This document shows positions 9,338 to 15,852 of a DNA stretch of 15,852 nucleotides, one piece after another (within the stretch, counting starts at the first letter, position 1; every line of letters begins with the position of its first letter). Made by a program: the position numbers and the translations under genes. The stretch is taken from contig NW_021825367.1 of NCBI RefSeq assembly GCF_006345805.1, positions 1 through 15,852 on the forward strand, written 5' to 3'. Source of the DNA: Octopus sinensis (taxonomy: Eukaryota). The notes under the pieces were generated by a model. The model saw only the letters and a program-made list of their open reading frames with translations, searched no databases and was not told where the DNA came from.

Positions 9338-9536
9338 ATAAATGCGCCCTTTTAAAGCCTAGCCAGGCTCATGGGCCCGGTTTCCCGGTTTCTATGGCGT
9401 GTGTGTTCCCCAACTGGACGGGACGCCAGTCCATCGCAGCGTTGCTCAATTTTGCCATCTGAGTGGACTGGAGCAACGTGAAATGAAGTGTTTTGCTTAA
9501 GAACACAACGCGTCGCCCGGTCCAGGAATCGAAACC

Positions 9537-9540
<4 letters not shown>
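9338..9540 (-). mobile_element. 5'-truncated tRNA-derived SINE with CORE-like middle
   Basis: B box GGTTTCGATTCC, TTGTGTTCTTAAGCAAAACACTT, CTCCAGTCCACTCAGATGGCAAAA, GCGATGGACTGGCGTCCCGTCCAG; abuts (AT)20 at its 5' side. Confidence 0.75.
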
Positions 9541-9581
<41 letters not shown>

Positions 9582-9919
9582 TCTGCACTTTAGTGTATCT
9601 ACGTATTCACACATACCACACACTCACATATACACGCACACATAAATCTGTGAATATACGTATATAATACGAGGGTGGATTGTGGAGAGAAATTCAAAAG
9701 TGCTGAAGATAGATAGGTCTAAGCTCCAGGAAGCCACGAAGTGTCTCCCAAACCCGTTTGACATATGGATGACATTTGAAGTGATTAACAAGTTTCTTTC
9801 AGACGCTACCGTAGTTTGACATTTCAGCGCCTAGACAAAGTAGAACCGATTCTTCGGCCTTCAAGTCTACAGCTTAAATACGATGTGGTATGGGGATAAT
9901 GGCCACTTATCAGATCCAT

Positions 9920-10043
9920 TTATTATATATAATATATATATATATATTATATATATTATATATATATATAATATATATATATATTATATATATATATATA
10001 CATACACATATATCATTGCAATTACACAACACACACAATATGC

Positions 10044-10074
<31 letters not shown>

Positions 10075-10272
10075 CACACACACATATATATATATACATA
10101 TATGTACGTATACACACACACATTCACACACACGCATACGCACACACATACACACATACAAATCCAAACATATTTACAGATATGCATTGGAATGATATAC
10201 ATAGATATGCACATACACACACAGAGACACACACACACATACACACACACGCACGCGCACATACACACATAC
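9920..10272. repeat. Compound AT-only and (AC)n microsatellite
   Basis: Direct reading. Confidence 0.9.
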
Positions 10273-10565
10273 TCTGACTGACGCTCATGAACATAAATAC
10301 TTAGACCCATCAAGACAATCCTGATAAGTGTGTGTGTTTGTGTTTATGAGCTGAAGAGAAAACCTCCATATTGTTGCTCACCCAGCTACAGACGCATATC
10401 TCGTATAATACTTGTACAAACTGCTAGAAATTTATTTCCATGTATTATTTTATTCACTCTACTCATTCCTGTATTGAGCCCTTATTTGTATCTTAAGTCA
10501 TTTGGAATGTAGCATGTGAACTTGTATATACTAGAGTATATAAAAACTGGCCATCAATCGGTTAT

Positions 10566-11250
10566 GTGGACGAGCGTTCCAGTCGATCCGAGCTACAGAA
10601 CAGTTTTTTCTACTCTAGGTACAACGCCCGAATTTTTTTGGGGGAGTCGATTAGATCGACCCCAGTACGCAACTGGCACTTAATTTATCGACCTCGAAAG
10701 GATGAAAGGCAAAGTCGAACTCGGTGGAGTTTGAACTCAGAACGTAAAGACAGACGAAATACCTATTTCTTTATTACCCACAAGGGGCTAAACACAGAGG
10801 GGACAAACAAGGACAGACATAGGTATTAAGTCGATTACATCGACCCCAGTGCGTAACTGGTACTTAATTTATCGACCTCGAAAGGATGAAAGGCAAAGTC
10901 GACCTCGGTGGAGTTTGAACTCAGAACGTAAAGACAGACGAAATACTCAGAACGTAAAGACAGACGCCTTGAGCAACAGAACAGTCTGCTCGTAAAGTTA
11001 ACGTGTATGTAGCTGAGCACTCCACAGACACGCGTATCATTAACGTAGTTATTAGGGAGATTCAGCGTGACACAGAATGTGAAAAGCATGGCTCTTTGAA
11101 TTACAGGTAAAACTCGTTTTTGCCAGCTGAGTAGACTGGAGTAACCCGAGATAAAGTGTCTTGCTCAAGAGACACAAATCGCCTCCGAGAATCGAACTCA
11201 CGATCTTACGATTGTGAGACGAATGCTCTAATCATTAAGTCATTAGCGTA
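10566..11250 (-). mobile_element. Old tRNA-derived SINE (CORE-like middle, family R type tail), split by a nested insertion into 10976-11250 and 10566-10604
   Basis: Decayed head (TGACTTAATGATTAG ... GAGTTCGATTCTC), CTTGAGCAAGACACTTT middle, and a tail homologous to the family R tail. The tail resumes at 10566-10604 beyond the insert. Confidence 0.75.
10605..10975 (-). mobile_element. Family M SINE dimer (184 bp period) inserted into the old SINE; TSD ACAGAACAGT
   Basis: Direct repeat ACAGAACAGT at 10595-10604 and 10976-10985. Two cores 184 bp apart, plus a third 21 bp copy of CTCAGAACGTAAAGACAGACG at 10946-10966. Confidence 0.8.
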
Positions 11251-11316
11251 TTTAGCCGTCGTATGAGTAGGGGTCTTTGGAAGTTTTATTTTCACACTAC
11301 GGATAATATCACGATA

Positions 11317-11705
11317 GTGGAGGCGCAATGGCCCAGTGGTTAGGGCAGCGGACTCGCGGTCATAGGATCGCGGTTTCGATTCCCAGACCGGGCGTTGTGA
11401 GTGTTTATTGAGCGAAAACACCTAAAGCTCCGCGAGGATCCGGCAGGGGATGGTGGTGATCCCTGCTGTACTCTCTCACCACAACTTTCTCTCACTCTTA
11501 CTTCCTGTTTCTGTTGTACCTGTATTTCAAAGGGCCGGCCTTGTCACTCTCTGTATCACGCTGAATATCCCTGAGAACTACGTTAAGGGTACACGTGTCT
11601 GTGAAGTGCTCAGCCACTTACACGTTAATTTCACGAGCAGGCTGTTCCGTTGATTCGGATCAACCGGAACCCTCATCGTCGTAACCGACGGAGTGCTTCC
11701 ATTCC
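11317..11705 (+). mobile_element. Full-length young family R SINE (copy B) with 12 bp TSD AATATCACGATA
   Basis: TSD at 11305-11316 and 11706-11717; A and B boxes intact; ends CTTCCATTCC. Confidence 0.92.
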
Positions 11706-11779
11706 AATATCACGATATATGACATACATAAAATTATCATAATTCGTGTTTATGCATTTGCTTTGCAGGATACTATTAC

Positions 11780-11997
11780 AAATGGTGTAATATTTGGGAC
11801 GGTCATTTTTTTGTGCCAATAAACACACGCACTGTTTATTTGATCTTCACTTTAGTTTTATTATTATTATTAGTTTATTTGTCAGAGTTCTTTCGTCTCA
11901 CACTCTGTGACCTCTTCAATGACTTACTGTTCCTCGTGACCCCTCTTCTCTCTGGTCTTGCCTTGTTTATTCCATTTTGTCTTTCTTCTGCATGCGG
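11780..11997 (+). repeat. Unclassified interspersed repeat, copy 2
   Basis: Collinear blocks with the reverse complement of 5455-5702; old and diverged. Confidence 0.6.
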
Positions 11998-12199
11998 TAT
12001 AATTTAGCGTTTATCAAATTGCTAGGTGTTCATATAAAATGATAAAATGAATGCTAATTTTCAAAAGACAAATATTTATTACTTTAAAATGAAATGAAAT
12101 TTTAAAAAATTATTTAAAAAAAGAGAAAATAAAAATAAAATTACTTTTGATAAAATTACTGTTGATTTTTGTACTACGGAATTTCCCCTTCAGACTCAC

Positions 12200-12702
12200 T
12201 CACTCTCTCTCTCTCCTCCTCGCTCTCCCCTCTCATCTCTCTCTCTCTCTATATATTATATATGCCCCCTTCCTTCTTCTTCCCCCTCCTTATCCTCTGT
12301 CTCTATGACTCGTTCTCTTTCATTTTGTGTGTTGTGTTCACTTGTTCATTGTCTGTCACCCTGCTTAGTATGTGTACTCGCCCTGCGTTTCACGTTAAGT
12401 CTATACTGTAAAGCCTATAGTTAATATAACTATACGATGTAAAGCGTAGCTGACGACACCAACGAACGAACGAACGAACCAGCCAGCCAGCCAACCAGCC
12501 AACTAACCAGCCAGCCAACAAACCAGCCAGTATTTGTACAGGACATTACATATGTATGTAGGTGCGCATGTGTATATATATAAAATATGCAAACTAGAGG
12601 CATGTTAATTGGTTATTCTTCCTAAATGTATGATGATCTGTCGCAGATAGAGATCATGGACGTGTTGATGATGATGATGATCATCATCATCATTATTTAT
12701 CA

Positions 12703-12755
<53 letters not shown>

Positions 12756-12831
12756 TATTATTATTATTGCTGTTGTTGTTGTTTTTATTATTATTATTAT
12801 TGCTGTTGTTGTTGTTGTAATTATTATTATT
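12200..12831. repeat. Microsatellites: (CT)n (12200-12255), (AACG)/(AGCC)/(AACC) (12460-12530), (GAT)(CAT)(TAT)n(TGT)n (12660-12831)
   Basis: Direct reading. Confidence 0.9.
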
Positions 12832-13146
12832 GAGTAGAGAGCAGTTCATGCCATCAAAGTGACACGGGGTAAAATATCGAAGCCAGTATACCCATCATGA
12901 CTACCCGTCTGATAAGGGTACACCAGGCACGCATCACAACCATATGTGTGCGACATGCTGATCTCATGTCAAGATAAACAGCACATGACCTTGCAGGTGG
13001 GGCCCAGTTAAAATTTTCTTCTGGTCGAGTAGCCCATCCCGCTCAAAAGGTCCCTGAATAAGGGTTGTTTAATTATGTTGTACGAAACACCCATGTTTCC
13101 AGAGGTGAATTATTCAAACCCCAAAGAATCCCTCACAACACATAGC
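12832..13146 (-). mobile_element. (AAT)n-tailed retroelement, copy 1, 5'-truncated
   Basis: Collinear with 13210-13527 but with many differences. Same 3' end (CTGCTCT.T..CTC then (AAT)n) and truncated at the opposite end, as expected for target-primed reverse transcription. Confidence 0.75.
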
Positions 13147-13153
13147 TTTATTG

Positions 13154-13209
<56 letters not shown>

Positions 13210-13761
13210 GAGTGAAAGAGCAGTTCATGCCATCAAAGTGACACTGGGGTAAAATATACGAAGCCCAATATACCCATCATGACTACCCGTCTGATAAAGG
13301 TACACTAGGCACATGCATCACAACCAAATGTGCGCGACATAGTGATCTCATATCAAGATAAACAGCACATGACCTGCAGGTGGGGCCCAGTTAGAATTTT
13401 CTTCAGTTGAGTAGCCCATCCCGCTCAAAAAGTCCCTGAATAAGGGTGGTTTAAGGATGTTGAAAAACCACCCATGTTTCCAGAGGTGAATTATTCAAAC
13501 CCCAAAGAATCCCTCTCAACACATGGCTATGATGCTCCCCCACTACTTCTGCTCGTGATCAGAGATGCACATATCGTTAGCCACTAAGGGACATGCTCAA
13601 CTGTTTAGGTCAAACAACTGACAAGCAAATCTGTGGTATTGAGCAGAATATTTGCTGTATCCCATCTTTATACCAAGACAAAACAATGTACATGATAACA
13701 CTTCCAATCAGTTAAGATCAGAAGCCATGAGAGCCACTGCCTGGTACTGCATCAGGGCATT
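13210..13761 (-). mobile_element. (AAT)n-tailed retroelement, copy 2 (about 550 bp, non-coding; SINE or LINE 3' UTR)
   Basis: Flanked on both sides by (AAT)n (13148-13209 and 13762-13799). No tRNA-like head or ORF seen. Confidence 0.75.
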
Positions 13762-13799
13762 TATTATTATTATATTATTATTATTATTATTATTATTAT

Positions 13800-14452
13800 C
13801 ATCATAATATGTACTTTTAATCTGCATTCTGTTACACACACCTAGCGAAACACACCTAGCGTCTTAGGGAGAGTGAAGGATAAGAGCTATTACAGTATGA
13901 CTGTAAGCTTGGGGAGGTGAAGTGGCAGGGGCAGTAGCAAAATATCTTCATGTAATACAATACAGAAATTTAAATTTAAAAGATTTTTCTAAAGTTGTTG
14001 GCAGTATTTGTTAACACAATCTTTTGGATTTCTCTGAGACATGGTTCTCCTGGGATATTATCTCGTTGTTTTTGACATCCCTTTCTTATCATACCTAGGG
14101 CACCCACAATAATAGGATCATTTCTCGTTTTAAGATTCCACATCTTATGTATTTCAATTTCCAAATCCTTATATTTACTTAATTTATCAAATTCCTTTAC
14201 AGATATATTTTTATCAGTGGGAACACTTACATCAATTAGTCGACTAGTGTTTTCTTCTTTGTCTTTAATGACTACATCTGGTTGATTAGCCTGGATCGTT
14301 CTGTCGGTGTTGACTGGAAAATCCCAGAGGATAGTGACATTTTTACCTTCAACGACTGGCTCGGGATGATGTTCATACCAGTAAGTAGGAGTGTTGATTT
14401 TGTAGTGTTTACCTATTTTCCAATGTAAATACTGTCCTATCCTAGCATGGCA
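13800..14452 (-). mobile_element. 5'-truncated RLE-type non-LTR retrotransposon (R4/Dong-like) with about 175 bp 3' UTR and (AAT)n tail
   Basis: RLE coding segment followed by a UTR ending GATTAAAAGTACATATTATGATG(ATA)n. Confidence 0.85.
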
Positions 14453-14458
14453 ATTTTG
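13976..14458 (-). pseudogene. C-terminal restriction-like (PD-(D/E)xK) endonuclease domain of a non-LTR retrotransposon; 160 codons, no stop or frameshift, no start
   Basis: Hand translation: QNCHARIGQYLHWKIGKHYKINTPTYWYEHHPEPVVEGKNVTILWDFPVNTDRTIQANQPDVVIKDKEENTSRLIDVSVPTDKNISVKEFDKLSKYKDLEIEIHKMWNLKTRNDPIIVGALGMIRKGCQKQRDNIPGEPCLREIQKIVLTNTANNFRKIF*. Motifs HA/HW (RHD-like), WYEH.P, ILWD, TDR, N.PD, IDV..P, K..KY and GALG are typical of RLE elements. The clade call is from motif recall. Confidence 0.88.
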
Positions 14459-14459
14459 T

Positions 14460-14540
14460 CCTCCTCCCCCTCCCCCTCCTCCTGCCCCTCCCCCTCCTCC
14501 CGCCTTCTCCCCCCCTCCCGCCTCCTCCTCCTCCTCTCTT
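14460..14540. repeat. C-rich polypyrimidine tract (G-rich on minus; G-quadruplex potential)
   Basis: Multiple runs of three or more G on the minus strand. Confidence 0.85.
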
Positions 14541-15594
14541 TAAATGGTGAGACGGTGACATAAATTGTGACGTGCTAGGATAAATACTAGCTTCTCGAAC
14601 TGTAACTCCGAGTTTCACGTTTTTAATATTTTGGATATTTACTATAGAATATCGGTGACAATGCCTAAGCAAACTATCATATCGAGATATAACTTGAATA
14701 TTTGAGACGTTTACTTAAGGTTACTTTTGGCAATGACTCAAATCTCGATATATTATTAGTCAATGATATCTCGATGTGTTTTTTCAAAGATTGTTTTCTT
14801 ATATATTGTCACGGTCCTATCTTTCATCAATTGCACGGTCATATCCTTCAGCAAGAAGTTTCAAGTAGTTTCAGATTCTTATATAATATATGCACTAATA
14901 TATATTGAATATTCTCCACTGTTTGTAAATACAGTTGTTCTCCAATCCATTTATTGCTCCTCAATATATTGTATAGTGTCCACAGATAGAGATACAAAAG
15001 TGAAAGGGGAACAACAGCCCCTGGAATTTTTCAACAATGTTCTGACGCCATCTTGAAAAGCTTATATTAAGCGTCTTATTTAAAACGCAGAAGATATAAA
15101 CAAAGTGAAAAAGGAAATTATTTCTTCGATAAAGGGAATACGTAATCATCAAAGACGCCATGTTTTGCTTTAGAAGTCGTAAGTTCCCTCGCAGAAGAAA
15201 ATCTTGCAATCTTTTGAACTTGACCTTTTTCAACACGATGAAAAGGATAAATCTAAACAAAATATCATCCAACAATTTTAAAGATACTTTGGGATTTAAC
15301 AAAAATCAAACACATCCATGTTTCTTCAGGCTAATCTTAAATTTACACAAAACCGACAGCCACATAAACAATTTAGATTTCTTTCAAATTTTCCGCTACA
15401 CACCCTTTCATGAAAACTAATTCCAGCACACTCTCGAAATAATAGGAATAGTTACTAACCTAAATATAGATCATAAATGTAATTTCTTTTCACCAATCCC
15501 AAACGTAGATTGATAAATACAGCAAAAAGTCGGTGAAAATGTTTTAGATTCCATCATCAATTAATATTAAACAAGCCACTTCTTTCCGCTGTTG

Positions 15595-15669
15595 GCTAGT
15601 AGTAGCAGTAGCAGCGGCAGTAGCAGTAGCAGCAGCAGCTGTAGCACCACCTCCACCACCACCAGCAAC

Positions 15670-15717
<48 letters not shown>
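15595..15717. repeat. Compound trinucleotide repeat (AGT/AGC)(ACC)(AGT)n
   Basis: Direct reading. Confidence 0.9.
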
Positions 15718-15749
15718 CCTTTCTGGTGTAGGCACAGTTTGGAAGGCGG

Positions 15750-15852
15750 AAGTAAGTCGATTACGTCGACCCCAGTGCTCAGCTGCTACTTATTTAATTG
15801 ACACCCCGAAAGAACGAATCGCAAAGTTAACCTCGGGGGAATTTGAACTCAG
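15750..15852 (-). mobile_element. Family M SINE fragment running off the window end
   Basis: GTCGATTACGTCGACCCCAGTGCTCA ... CCCCGAAAGAACGA ... CCTCGGGGGAATTTGAACTCAG. Confidence 0.7.

Noticed and set aside
9668-9850. TACGAGGG start and TAGTTTGACA motif reminiscent of mariner-type ends
   Set aside because: No matching second TIR found (CTCGTA near 10400 does not extend) and no transposase frame.
11319-11390. tRNA-like heads with A/B boxes (also 1868-1939 and 2048-2119) as possible tRNA genes
   Set aside because: No complete cloverleaf or acceptor stem; they continue into SINE bodies with TSDs.
13740-13752. CCTGGTACTGCA resembles the 3' stem of U2 snRNA
   Set aside because: Only about 12 bp with a mismatch and no other U2 features; it is part of the interspersed element.
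12832-13761. Repeat-spacer-like periodicity suggesting a CRISPR-like or prokaryotic system
   Set aside because: The units are hundreds of bp of eukaryotic retroelement separated by microsatellite; no short constant repeats, cas genes or operon structure anywhere in the window.
14640-15560. AT-rich unique region with short coding-looking pieces (for example PLEFFNNVLTPS, faintly PIF1-like)
   Set aside because: All frames are broken within a few dozen codons and neighbouring motifs do not follow. A tBLASTx/HMM search would be needed to call a decayed TE.

Overview
Eukaryotic, AT-rich, microsatellite-dense non-coding DNA (intronic or intergenic). The repeat families look like octopus (coleoid cephalopod) repeats; this is from my recollection of these sequences, not a search. 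I find no supportable host gene. Nearly all supplied ORFs are microsatellite or SINE artefacts. The only real protein-coding remnant is a stop-free 160-codon C-terminal restriction-like endonuclease (RLE) domain of an R4/Dong-like non-LTR retrotransposon (13976-14458, minus), of which the ORF track shows only the last 62 aa. The window holds about 15 tRNA-type SINE copies or fragments, a complete 393 bp non-autonomous Helitron, a 512 bp near-perfect foldback, a second foldback built from microsatellite DNA, and a head-to-tail train of retroelements separated by (AAT)n tracts. The most unusual item is a TSD-bounded composite SINE at 1558-2119. It contains a 109 bp exact inverted copy of the locus-specific 5' flank of another SINE about 9.2 kb away (11209-11317), including one half of that SINE's TSD, so donor and recipient can both be read in the window. 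I see no evidence of a new gene system; the interesting signals concern retroelement and rearrangement mechanics.
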